NCBI GenBank assembly: GCA_023150895.1
Contig: JAKLJY010000012.1
Span: 336-64,335, forward strand
Direction: 5' to 3'
DNA from: Myxococcota bacterium
GTDB taxonomy: Bacteria > Myxococcota_A > Bradymonadia > UBA7976 > UBA1532
Length of the DNA: 64,000 nt
A model generated the notes under the pieces. It did not search any database. It saw nothing but the letters and a program-made list of their open reading frames with translations, and was not told the DNA's origin. The position numbers were made by a program, and so were the translations under genes. Position 1 is the stretch's first letter; every line of letters begins with the position of its first letter. This document shows, piece after piece, positions 26,253 to 35,328 of the stretch.

Positions 26253-28763
26253 TCAGCCGCGGACGTCGACCGCACGCAGCGCCAGCACGCCGACGCCGCC
26301 GAGGGTGCGGATGGCGACGCGAATCTGATCGCCCGCATCGGGCTGCCAGCGAACGACGAGGCCATCCCCGTCGATGGCCCCGGACGCCGAGGCCCACCGG
26401 GTCGAAGCCGAACCGAGCGCGCCGACCACCCGAACCTCGATCGCACCGTCGACCGCGCGTGCCTCGAGTCGCAGATCGGGCGGCGCCCAGAGGGGCAAAT
26501 CCGTCGAGCGCGTCGCCCGCCGCGGCGCCGTGTCTCGCCACTGATCGATGCCCGGGGTGCGCGGGGGCGCATTCATCGCCTGGTCCGGCGGCGGCGGGTC
26601 GACGGGACCGGGCACGAAGACGTCGGGCTCGAGTCCGGCGTCCGGCGGCGGCGGATCGACGGGACCGGGGACGAACACGTCCGGGGACAGACCGGCATCC
26701 GGGGGCAGGGGGTCGACCGGGCCGGGGTCGAAGGCATCGGGCGCCAGGCCGAAGTCCGGCGGCGGGGGGTCGACCACCAGGAAGTCCCCCGTCTGGCCGC
26801 CGAATCCCGCGTCGGGCGGCAATGGATCGGCCACCATGCCACCGAAGCCCGCGTCGGGCGGCAACGGATCGGCCACCATGCCGCCGAAACCCGCGTCCGG
26901 CGGCAGCGGATCGGCCACCATGCCGCCGAAACCCGCGTCCGGCGGCAGCGGATCGGCCACCATGCCGCCGAAGCCGCCGTCCGGGGGCAGCGGGTCGACC
27001 ACCATGCCACCGATGCCCGTGTCCGGCTCGGGGTCCGGGCTCGGGCTGCCCGCGTCGTCACACGCCGCCGCCGTGACCGCCGCGGCGGCCAGCGAGGCGC
27101 CGAGCGCCAGGTGCTTCACCCCCCGGGCGACCCGGCGCACGCCGCCGGCCACCCCCCGAGCGGCCCGAGCCTCCCGCGCCGCCGCGGCCATGTCGGCGAA
27201 GAGTTCGTCGAGTTCGGCGTGCCGAACGTGGTCGGCGGCCGCAATCCGCAGCCCGAGCAGGGCCGTATCGCGCGTCAGGGCCTCGGCGCCGTCGGCCGTG
27301 TCGAGGGTCGCCGCGCGGGCGAGGGTCAGCGCTTCGTCGAGGAAGTCCGCCGTCTCGAGGGCAATCGCCCGCGTCAGCGCGCGGCACCGGCGCCGGAAGC
27401 CGTCGTGCCGCGCCGCGCCGAGCTCCGGATGGAAGTGTTCGAGCACCACCTGCGTGTACCCGAGTCCCATGTAGCGGTTGGCCACCCCCGTCGGATCGAA
27501 GTTGCGCTGCCGGAAAGCCGCCGACGTGATGCGGAACAGAAGCTCGGTGCGATCGTCCGCAATGCGGTAGTCGTACCCGAGGTAGCTGCCCGAGAGCCCC
27601 CCGCGGGCGGCGAGCGTCGCGGCGAGGGGCGTGCCGGCATAGGGCTCAGCGCGACAGAAGTTGACCGGGTGGTCGGCGTGTTCGCGGATGAACGCGATGT
27701 TCTCGGCGACGTCGTCGAGCCGTGCGTCGGGCTCGAAGATGAGCAGGTTGTAACAGACGAAGATGCCGGCCTCCCGGCAGGCCGCCAGCGCCGCGTCGAC
27801 GTGCTGCGTCTGCCGCGCCCGGTTCAGATGCAGTGCGCCCATCTCGGAGGCGTTCTCGACCCCGACGTACAGCCGAATGACACCCAGGTCCCGAAGGGAA
27901 CGGGCCAGCTCCGGGGTGACACAGTCGGGACGACACTTGCCGATGAGACCGATGCGACCGACGCCGCGGGCATCGAGCGACGCGCGGATCGCGCCGAGCC
28001 GGGTGAGGGTGTCCTCGGGGCGGGGTTTCAGCAGGTTGTCGTCGTGGAAACAGAACAGGGACGGCCCGCCCTCGCGATGCCAGAGCGTCGCCATCTCGGC
28101 GGCGACGTTTTTGGGGCTGCGCTCACGGAACGTGCGACCGCCGCCGTGCCCGCGAGCGTCGCGGAACGTGGACGTGATGGAACAGTAGGTGCACGCCCCC
28201 CAACACCCGCGGCTCGCCATGATCGGGATGAAGGGCACGCCGAGGTGGCGGGTGGCGCGGCGGTAGCGCAGGGGCGCCGGCAGCGCGTCGAGCGCGTCGC
28301 TCAGGGGCCGGCCCGCCGTGCGCCGCGGGAGGCCGTCGGCCGTGCGCAGCGCCAGACCGGGGAGGTCGTCGAGGGGCGCGCCGCTCGCGAGCGCCTGCAG
28401 AAGTTCGAGGAACGTCGCTTCGCCGTCGTTGAAGACGACCGTGTCGAGCCCGTTCTCGGGGAGGAGGACCTCCCGCCACGCCAGCGACGGGAACTGTCCG
28501 CCGCAGGTGACGTGCCCCCGAAACCCGCACGCCCGCAGTGCCCGCGCGAGCGCGATGAAGTCGTGTGCCCGGTGCTGGAACTGCATGCTCAGACCCACGA
28601 CGTGGGGCCGGTGGGCGAGGCAGGCCCGCGCGACGGCGGCCATCTGGTCGAAGTGGTCGTAAGTGACGATGCGGACGGTGTGCCCGGCCCGCTGCGCAAC
28701 GGCGGCGATCATCCCGACGCCCAGGTTCTCTTCGAAGTCCGCGCCGACGAGGACGATACGCAT
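26253..28763 (-). CDS. B12-binding domain radical SAM protein; the ORF continues without a stop into a TM/lipobox-like segment and Pro-rich tandem repeats
   Basis: An AGGAGGAGA RBS lies 8 nt before the ATG (MRIVLVGADFEENLG). B12-binding-like N-terminus. Radical SAM motif CWGACTYCS (CxxxCxxC). From aa ~543 the sequence reads RRVARGVKHLALGASLAAAAVTAAAC (a signal-peptide/lipobox look with three in-frame GTG codons) and then 5x GFGGMVADPLPPDA. Confidence 0.65.
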   Translation of the reverse strand: MRIVLVGADFEENLGVGMIAAVAQRAGHTVRIVTYDHFDQMAAVARACLAHRPHVVGLSMQFQHRAHDFIALARALRACGFRGHVTCGGQFPSLAWREVLLPENGLDTVVFNDGEATFLELLQALASGAPLDDLPGLALRTADGLPRRTAGRPLSDALDALPAPLRYRRATRHLGVPFIPIMASRGCWGACTYCSITSTFRDARGHGGGRTFRERSPKNVAAEMATLWHREGGPSLFCFHDDNLLKPRPEDTLTRLGAIRASLDARGVGRIGLIGKCRPDCVTPELARSLRDLGVIRLYVGVENASEMGALHLNRARQTQHVDAALAACREAGIFVCYNLLIFEPDARLDDVAENIAFIREHADHPVNFCRAEPYAGTPLAATLAARGGLSGSYLGYDYRIADDRTELLFRITSAAFRQRNFDPTGVANRYMGLGYTQVVLEHFHPELGAARHDGFRRRCRALTRAIALETADFLDEALTLARAATLDTADGAEALTRDTALLGLRIAAADHVRHAELDELFADMAAAAREARAARGVAGGVRRVARGVKHLALGASLAAAAVTAAACDDAGSPSPDPEPDTGIGGMVVDPLPPDGGFGGMVADPLPPDAGFGGMVADPLPPDAGFGGMVADPLPPDAGFGGMVADPLPPDAGFGGQTGDFLVVDPPPPDFGLAPDAFDPGPVDPLPPDAGLSPDVFVPGPVDPPPPDAGLEPDVFVPGPVDPPPPDQAMNAPPRTPGIDQWRDTAPRRATRSTDLPLWAPPDLRLEARAVDGAIEVRVVGALGSASTRWASASGAIDGDGLVVRWQPDAGDQIRVAIRTLGGVGVLALRAVDVRG
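26585..27015. repeat. in-frame tandem repeats (about 57-bp units x3 then 42-bp units x5) encoding PPPDAGLxPDVFVPGPVD and GFGGMVADPLPPDA
   Basis: Direct reading of 26590-27015 shows a near-identical 42-bp unit (ccgcgtcgggcggcaatggatcggccaccatgccaccgaagc) repeated five times. Confidence 0.8.
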
Positions 28764-28896
28764 GGCCGATTCTCCTCCTGCCGATTCCACCTTGAACACC
28801 GTGAATCCGACGGGAGGAGACGCTGGCACGTTCGGGCCCGACGGCGCCTTGACGCGGGTCACGCCCTGCCGACGAAGGGCCGGTGCTTGACGCGGA

Positions 28897-31881
28897 TCAC
28901 GGGATGGCGCGGGCCCGCAGCGCGAAACCCAGGTCGTCGTCGCCGTTGACGTCGCCGCCGAAGTCGAGCCGGTGGAAGAGACCGTCGCCCATGGTGCTCG
29001 TGCAGCGCTGGCCATTGGCCTCGCCGGCGAGCGCGCCGGGGCAAGGCCCCCACCCCGCCGCGCCATCCCCCGGGCCCCGGTTGCTGTCGGCCCACCCCAT
29101 GAACAGGGCGACCGACTGCTGCAGCGCGGCCGCGCGCCCCGGATCGGCCGGGTCGGAGCACTTGAACGCGATCGCGAGGTCGTCGTTGGCGTCGACGTCG
29201 CCCTCGAGGTTGATCTTGCGGAACGTGCGGTCGTACCCCGACGACGTGCAGCGCAGGCCGTCGTTGTCCCAGTTGAGCGCGGGCGGGCACTGACCCCAGC
29301 TCTGCGTGCCGTCGGGCCCGCGGTTTTCGTCCGCGTATCCCAGGTACACGGCGCAGTGCGTCTGCACGTAGTCCGCCAGGGCCGGCGCGCCGGGGTCGTC
29401 ACACAGGAAGGCGAACGCCAGGCGGTCGTTGTCGTCGACGTCACCGGCCAGGTCGAGCTGCATGAACAGACCGTCGCGTCGGGTTCCGACACACCGGATG
29501 CGGTCGCCGTACCACTTGTCGGCGTTGAAGGGACACTCTCCCCAGGCGTTCGATACGCCCACGGGCCCCCGGTTCTCGTCCGACCAGCCGACGAACCACC
29601 GGCAGGCCTGCTGAATGAACGGCCCGCACGCCCCGCCATCGTCGATGACACCGTTGCAGTCGTCGTCCACGCCGTTGCAGGTCTCGGCGGGCTCCGGTCC
29701 GCAGCCGTTACAGCGATTGCGCTGACCTTCGTCCACCTGTCCGTCGCAGTCGTCGTCGGCGAAGTTACACACCTCGGCGCCGCCGTTCTGCGCGGTGCAG
29801 GCGTACTCGCAGCCGTTCTCCGCGACGCCGTCGAGGTCGACCCGGCCGTCGATGCACGCCTCGAAGACACACTGTCCCGAGACACAGCCGACGATGGCAC
29901 CGGGCCGCTCGCAGCGCGTTCCGCAGAAGCCGCAGTTCTCCGGATCCGTCTCGCGATCGAACGTTTCGTCGGTCTGCCCGTCGCAGTCGTTGTCGACCCC
30001 GTCGCAGGCCTCCACGCCGCCGTTCGAGACGAAACAGCCGAACTCGCACCCGTTCTCGGTCAGGCCGTCGAGATCCGAGAAGCCGCCGAGGCACTCCGTA
30101 ATGATGCAGCCCCCCTCCAGACACCGACCGACGGCGTTGTCGAGGGCGCACCGGTGGTCACACCGCCCGCAGTTCGCCGGATCCGTCAACAGATCGATGC
30201 CTTCGTCGATCTGCAGATCACAGTCGTCGTCGGCCCCGTTGCAGATCTCGACGCCGCCGTTGAAGGGCGTGCACCGATACTCGCAGCCCGTGCCGGGGTC
30301 GCCGTCGCCGTCCGCGAACCCGTCCTCGCACCGTTCGACGCGACACGCCCCCGCCACACAGCTCGAGACGGCGTGCAGCAACTCACAGCGGGCGCCACAG
30401 GCACCGCAGTGGTCGGGATCGTTGGCGAGGTCGGTCTCTTCGTCGACGGCGCCGTCACAGTCGTTGTCGATGAGATCGCAGCGTTCGAGTCCGTCATTGC
30501 TCGGGAAACACCCGTACTCACAACCGTCGGCCGCGTCGCCGTCGACATCGTGCCAACCCGGTTCGCAGGCCCCGCGGCAGGCGGCCCCCTCGCAGACGCC
30601 GGCGCGGTGGGGCGACTCGCAGACGACCCCGCAGGCGCCGCAGTTCCGGGCATCCGTCGCGACGTCGTAGCCCTCGTCGACGGCGTCGTCGCAGTCGTTG
30701 TCGACCCCGTCGCAGCGTTCGCCGCCGTCGAACCCCTCGTCGACGTCGCCGTCACAGTCGTCGTCGGCCCCGTTGCAGGTCTCGATCGCGTCCGGGCTCG
30801 GGAGGCAGAGATACTCGCAGCCGTTGCCGGCGTTGCCGTCGGCATCGTGCCAACCGGCCTCGCATTGGCCCGGGTGACACTCGCCACCGACACAAAGCGC
30901 AGCGGCGTTCGGGAATGTGCAGACGCGCCCGCACAGACCGCAGTTCGAGGCATCGATGCCGAGATCGAAGGCCTCGTCGACGGCGCCGTCGCAGTCGTTG
31001 TCGAGCAGGTCGCAGGTCGTCTCGTCGGCCTCGTAGGTGCCCGGGTAGGCGCACGCCCAGGTGCCGGACTGGCAGCGCTGGGGGGTGCCCGCGCAGACGC
31101 CGCGGTCGAGGCAGGCGGGCAGGTCGACGGGGACCTGCAGCAGCTCGAGCTCGTCGGCCAGGCTGTTGCAGTTGTTGTCCCGGCCGTCACAGCGCTCGGG
31201 CGCGCCCGTGTAGACGGTGGCATCGGTATCGTCGCAGTCCGCCCCGAGGCAATCGCCGCCGTCCCCGAAGCCGTCTCCATCTCCATCCCGACAGGGGAGA
31301 CAGCCCTCGCCCCCGGCCGGAACACACTGTCGACCCCGCGGCGTCACGCGATCCGCCTCGAAGACGTCCGTGCAGACATACCCCTCCGGGCAGAGGCCGT
31401 CCGCCGCGCAATCCTCGCCGCAGTACGTGCCGTTGCCAATCTCCAGACAGAGATCCTCGGTGTCGTCGCACTCGCGATCGGTCTGGCAGGGTTTGCAGAG
31501 GTCCGGGCGGTCCACGGTGCAGACGTTGATGCGATCGGCGCCGGTATTGCCAATCAGCGTACACTCGTACCCCTCCGGGCAGTCGCCGCAGAGCTGCGTA
31601 CAGATGCGTCCCGCCTCGAGGCCTTCGATACAGAAGCCCGCGAGACACTCGGCGTCCGCCTCGCACGGCTCGCCGAAACCGCGCGGGCGCGCCCCCGTGT
31701 CCGGCTCGTCGACGCGGGCGTCGAGGGGTGGGCGCAGGGCGTCGCCGGCCTCGGCATCCGGGACACCGGCCTCCGCCGACGAACCGGCCGAGATCGCGTC
31801 ACCGCAGGCGGTCGAGAAGAGAAGCGCGGTCATCGCGGCGGCGCGACGGCCGACGGCGGGGCGTCGGGGGCGGTTCTGCAT
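28897..31881 (-). CDS. large Cys-rich repeat lipoprotein (CDGxDNDCDGxVDE-type putative metal-binding repeats; 3x C-terminal GWxDxNRGP repeats)
   Basis: Start at the internal ATG giving MQNRPRRPAVGRRAAAMTALLFSTAC (lipobox). At least 8 copies of CNGADDDCDG/CDGVDNDCDG-type motifs. The first 249 aa of the track ORF are a spurious extension. Confidence 0.65.
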   Translation of the reverse strand: MQNRPRRPAVGRRAAAMTALLFSTACGDAISAGSSAEAGVPDAEAGDALRPPLDARVDEPDTGARPRGFGEPCEADAECLAGFCIEGLEAGRICTQLCGDCPEGYECTLIGNTGADRINVCTVDRPDLCKPCQTDRECDDTEDLCLEIGNGTYCGEDCAADGLCPEGYVCTDVFEADRVTPRGRQCVPAGGEGCLPCRDGDGDGFGDGGDCLGADCDDTDATVYTGAPERCDGRDNNCNSLADELELLQVPVDLPACLDRGVCAGTPQRCQSGTWACAYPGTYEADETTCDLLDNDCDGAVDEAFDLGIDASNCGLCGRVCTFPNAAALCVGGECHPGQCEAGWHDADGNAGNGCEYLCLPSPDAIETCNGADDDCDGDVDEGFDGGERCDGVDNDCDDAVDEGYDVATDARNCGACGVVCESPHRAGVCEGAACRGACEPGWHDVDGDAADGCEYGCFPSNDGLERCDLIDNDCDGAVDEETDLANDPDHCGACGARCELLHAVSSCVAGACRVERCEDGFADGDGDPGTGCEYRCTPFNGGVEICNGADDDCDLQIDEGIDLLTDPANCGRCDHRCALDNAVGRCLEGGCIITECLGGFSDLDGLTENGCEFGCFVSNGGVEACDGVDNDCDGQTDETFDRETDPENCGFCGTRCERPGAIVGCVSGQCVFEACIDGRVDLDGVAENGCEYACTAQNGGAEVCNFADDDCDGQVDEGQRNRCNGCGPEPAETCNGVDDDCNGVIDDGGACGPFIQQACRWFVGWSDENRGPVGVSNAWGECPFNADKWYGDRIRCVGTRRDGLFMQLDLAGDVDDNDRLAFAFLCDDPGAPALADYVQTHCAVYLGYADENRGPDGTQSWGQCPPALNWDNDGLRCTSSGYDRTFRKINLEGDVDANDDLAIAFKCSDPADPGRAAALQQSVALFMGWADSNRGPGDGAAGWGPCPGALAGEANGQRCTSTMGDGLFHRLDFGGDVNGDDDLGFALRARAIP

Positions 31882-31953
31882 CCGGCCATCGTAGCACTGG
31901 CGCGCCGGAATCGCCTTTTCCGGCGCGGTCAAGTCCGCTAGATCTGCCCGCGT

Positions 31954-32577
31954 ATGTCCACGCGCCCGCCCTCGTCGTCCCCTGCCCCCGCCGCGCCGCC
32001 GTCGACCGCCCGCGAGATCGACCCGGAGCTGCGCGAGCTGCGAACCTATACGCTCTTCCGGTCGCTCAACGAGGTGGAGCTCGGGGTGGTCCGCAGCCTG
32101 CTCGAGCCCTTCGTGATCGACCGCGCCGGTGGCCTCCTCTTCGACCGCGGTGCTGCGCCGGACGGCGCCTGGCTGGTGCGCCAGGGCACCCTGCGCGTGG
32201 AGATTCCCCGCCCGGAGGAGCGTGTCCTGGAGATTGCGCGCCTCGGGCCGGGCACGACGGTCGGCGAGCTGGCGCTGGTCGACCCCGCACCCCGCGGGCT
32301 GCGCGTCCGCGCCCTCGAACCCTGCAAGCTCTGGCGGGTGGACGGCGAGCGGTTCCAGGCCCTGCGCCGCCAGGGCAACCCGACGGCCTACCGCATCGTG
32401 CGCAACGTGGCCCTGATGATGTGTGACCGCCTGCGCTCCAACAACCTGCTCATCGAGCACGAGCGCCTCACGCAGCGCACGCTCGTGACCGCCGAGCTGA
32501 GCCGCACCGCGGCCCCCGCGGAGAGCCCGTCGACGACCTCCATCTGGTTTGCGCTGCGCGGCCTCTTCGGCGCCTGA
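31954..32577 (+). CDS. cyclic nucleotide-binding domain protein
   Basis: cNMP-binding signature GTTVGELALVDPAPRGLRVRALE. Confidence 0.7.
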   Translation: MSTRPPSSSPAPAAPPSTAREIDPELRELRTYTLFRSLNEVELGVVRSLLEPFVIDRAGGLLFDRGAAPDGAWLVRQGTLRVEIPRPEERVLEIARLGPGTTVGELALVDPAPRGLRVRALEPCKLWRVDGERFQALRRQGNPTAYRIVRNVALMMCDRLRSNNLLIEHERLTQRTLVTAELSRTAAPAESPSTTSIWFALRGLFGA

Positions 32578-32645
32578 GAGTCCGCCGCCCGCCAACGGCC
32601 ACCGACGCCCCCGACGCACCGCCCCCACGGAAAGACCCCGTCGCC

Positions 32646-33149
32646 ATGTCCGGCATCTCCTCGACGCAGCTCTCCAACCTCCCCGTGTTCCAGATGATGT
32701 CCCCGAAAGAGCTCGAGGTCCTGGCGCTCGCGCTCTCGGAACGCAAGCTGGTCGCCGGGCAGGAGCTCTATCGCCAGGGCGAACGCGGCTCGACGTGTCA
32801 CATCGTGCTGCACGGCGCGCTCGTCATCTGCCTCGACGCGAACGGCGAGCGGCGCGAAGTGGGGCTGGCGCTGCCCGGCGAACTGCTCGGCGAGGTCGCC
32901 CTGCTCGACGGCGGCCCCCGCTCTGCGACGGTGTGCGCCGGCCCGGACGGCGCCCGCATCGGTGAGCTCAGCAAGGCGGACTTCGACCAGGTCTTCGGAG
33001 CGGGCAGCCCGTTCGCCTTCAAGCTCATGGATCTCGTCGCGGGGCGCATGGTGGGCCGAATGCGCGAAGCGATGGACCGCCTCGTGACCGCCGTCGTCGC
33101 CGAGGACGAACGGCAGGCGACCGGCACCGGCGCGACCCCGCGGAGCTGA
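32646..33149 (+). CDS. cyclic nucleotide-binding domain protein
   Basis: cNMP-binding signature GELLGEVALLDGGPRSATVCA. Confidence 0.7.
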   Translation: MSGISSTQLSNLPVFQMMSPKELEVLALALSERKLVAGQELYRQGERGSTCHIVLHGALVICLDANGERREVGLALPGELLGEVALLDGGPRSATVCAGPDGARIGELSKADFDQVFGAGSPFAFKLMDLVAGRMVGRMREAMDRLVTAVVAEDERQATGTGATPRS

Positions 33150-33152
33150 GTC

Positions 33153-34193
33153 ATGTTGATGATGCGCCCCGCCCGCCCGGACGACCTCGACGGTCTGATG
33201 GGCCTCGCCTCGAACGCCGGGGTCGGCCTGACGACGCTGCCCCCCGACCGCCGGCTTCTCCGCGATCGCATCCAGCGCTCACAGCACGCCTTCGCGTCGG
33301 ATCCGGTCAAGGCCGGCGGCGAGGCGTACCTGCTCGTCCTCGAGGACCTCCGCAGCGGCGCCCTCGCCGGGACGTGCGGCATGGTCGCCAAGGTCGGCGG
33401 CTTCGAGCCTTTCTACAGCTACAACGTGCAGAACACCGTCCACGAGAGCCCCGAGCTCAACGTGCGGCGTGAGATTCCGACGCTGCACCTCGAGGCCGAC
33501 CACGCCGGGCCGAGCGAAATCGGCACGCTGTTCCTGTCCGGGGCGTTTCGGGGCGGCGGCAATGGCCGGTTGCTCTCCCTGTCTCGGTTTCTGTTCATGG
33601 CGGACCACCCGCAACGGTTCGACGCCCAGGTCATCGCCGAGATGCGCGGCGTGCTGACCCCGGCGGGGGACAGCCCCTTCTGGGAAGCCGTCGGGCGACA
33701 CTTCTTCGACATGGAGTTCGCCCGCGCCGACGTCCTGAGCGCGGCCGACAAGAAGTTCATCGCCGATCTCATGCCGAAACACCCCATCTACATCCCGATG
33801 CTGCCGCCCGACGTGCAGAAGGTCATCGGCGTGGTGCACGTCGAGACGCGGCCGGCGCTGCGGCTGCTCGAGCAGGAGGGGTTCCGCTTCGGCAATCACG
33901 TCGACATCTTCGACGCGGGCCCGCTGCTCTCCGCGCCGCGCGAGTCGATCCGCACGATTCGGCAGAGCGTCTGCGCGGTCGTGCACGACATCGTCGCCGA
34001 GGTCGGCCTGCCGGAGACGTTCCTGATCAGCAACGCCCGCATCGACTTCCGCTGCTGTCTCGGGCACCTGCGCGTGCTGACGGGGGACGCCGACGGGCGC
34101 GGAGCGTCCAAGGTCGAACTCCCGCGCGACCTCGCGCTCGCACTCGGCATCCGGGTCGGGGAGACGATCCGATACTCGCCGGCGCGCGCTTGA
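33153..34193 (+). CDS. astA: arginine N-succinyltransferase (AstA family)
   Basis: Collinear with recalled E. coli AstA at several blocks (ELNV..PTLHL, AEMRGV...SPFWEAVGRHFFDMEFARAD, FIADLMPKHPIYIPML, VIGVVHVETRPA, LEQEGFRFGNHVDIFDAGP). GGAG RBS. Confidence 0.75.
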   Translation: MLMMRPARPDDLDGLMGLASNAGVGLTTLPPDRRLLRDRIQRSQHAFASDPVKAGGEAYLLVLEDLRSGALAGTCGMVAKVGGFEPFYSYNVQNTVHESPELNVRREIPTLHLEADHAGPSEIGTLFLSGAFRGGGNGRLLSLSRFLFMADHPQRFDAQVIAEMRGVLTPAGDSPFWEAVGRHFFDMEFARADVLSAADKKFIADLMPKHPIYIPMLPPDVQKVIGVVHVETRPALRLLEQEGFRFGNHVDIFDAGPLLSAPRESIRTIRQSVCAVVHDIVAEVGLPETFLISNARIDFRCCLGHLRVLTGDADGRGASKVELPRDLALALGIRVGETIRYSPARA

Positions 34194-34248
34194 ACGTCCC
34201 CGGCGCCGCGATCGATCCCGGCCCCCAAACGAGACGGAGACACATGCC

Positions 34249-35235
34249 ATGCAAACTGCGTTGATGTGGGGGCAGCTCTTCCTGGGCGCCCTCGTCCTGT
34301 ATTTCGGCGCGGAGTGGCTGGTCAAGGGCGCCGCCGGCCTGGCCCGCGCGTTCGGCATGCCACCGCTGATCATCGGCCTCACGGTGGTCGCCTACGGCAC
34401 CTCCGCACCGGAGCTGACCGTCGGGGTGTCCGCGGCCCTGTCGAATCAGGGTGCCATCGCCCTCGGCAACTCCATCGGCTCCAACATCGCCAATCTGGGG
34501 CTCATCCTGGGCATGACGGCGCTGATCAGCCCGCCGCGCGTGGACGGCAGCCTCATCCGGCGCGAGCTGCCGGTCCTCGTCCTGACGACGCTGGCGCTCC
34601 CGCTGGTGCTGCTCGACGGTGAGATGTCGCGGCTCGACGGCGCGCTGATGATCCTCGTGGCGGTGGTCTATAGCGTGTGGATGATCCGCGCGGCGCGCCG
34701 TGATCCCGCCCTGGGCGCAGAGGTGACCGCCGCCGAAGCCGAGGCGGAGGCCGGGGCCGTCGGGGCGGGCGCACCGCCGGTGGAGGGGCGCGGGCGGATG
34801 GCTGCCGTGGCGCTCGTCGGCCTCGTTTTGCTCGTCGTGGGCGGCAAGGTCTTCGTCGATGCGGCCGTCGAGATCGCCCGGGCGGCCGGCATGAGCGAGC
34901 GCGTCGTCGGGTTGACGATCGTCGCCGTCGGGACGTCGCTGCCGGAGCTGGCCGCGTCCCTCGTGGCCGCGCTGCGGGGGCACAGCGACATCGCGGTCGG
35001 CAACGTCATCGGGTCCAACATCTTCAACATCGTCCTGATTCTGGGCGGCTCGGCGCTCGTGCGGCCGTTGTCGGGCGACGTCGGCGCGATGACGCTGGAC
35101 CTGGCGTTCCTGGGCGGCATGACGCTGCTCGGCGTCGTCTTCATGCGCACCGCCCGGTTCATGCCCCGCATCGAGGGCGCCGTCTTCCTGATGGCCTACG
35201 TCTCCTTCCTCATCGCGCTCGTCGTCGGCGGCTGA
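34249..35235 (+). CDS. Ca2+/Na+ antiporter (CaCA family, YrbG-like)
   Basis: Two alpha-repeat signatures, GTSAPEL and GTSLPEL. About 10 TM helices. Confidence 0.8.
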   Translation: MQTALMWGQLFLGALVLYFGAEWLVKGAAGLARAFGMPPLIIGLTVVAYGTSAPELTVGVSAALSNQGAIALGNSIGSNIANLGLILGMTALISPPRVDGSLIRRELPVLVLTTLALPLVLLDGEMSRLDGALMILVAVVYSVWMIRAARRDPALGAEVTAAEAEAEAGAVGAGAPPVEGRGRMAAVALVGLVLLVVGGKVFVDAAVEIARAAGMSERVVGLTIVAVGTSLPELAASLVAALRGHSDIAVGNVIGSNIFNIVLILGGSALVRPLSGDVGAMTLDLAFLGGMTLLGVVFMRTARFMPRIEGAVFLMAYVSFLIALVVGG

Positions 35236-35328
35236 CGCTCTGCACGGCCCCGCGAGACGCTCCCCCATCGACGCGCGGGCTCGGTTGGCCTAGACTCTGG
35301 CCGCACGCCCCCCGCCGCGGAGCCCGAA

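Noticed and set aside
28972-31941. 989-aa plus-strand ORF
   Set aside because: Antisense to the Cys-repeat lipoprotein, which shows periodic CDGxDNDCDG motifs and a lipobox. The plus frame is Ala/Val/Gly-rich with no features.
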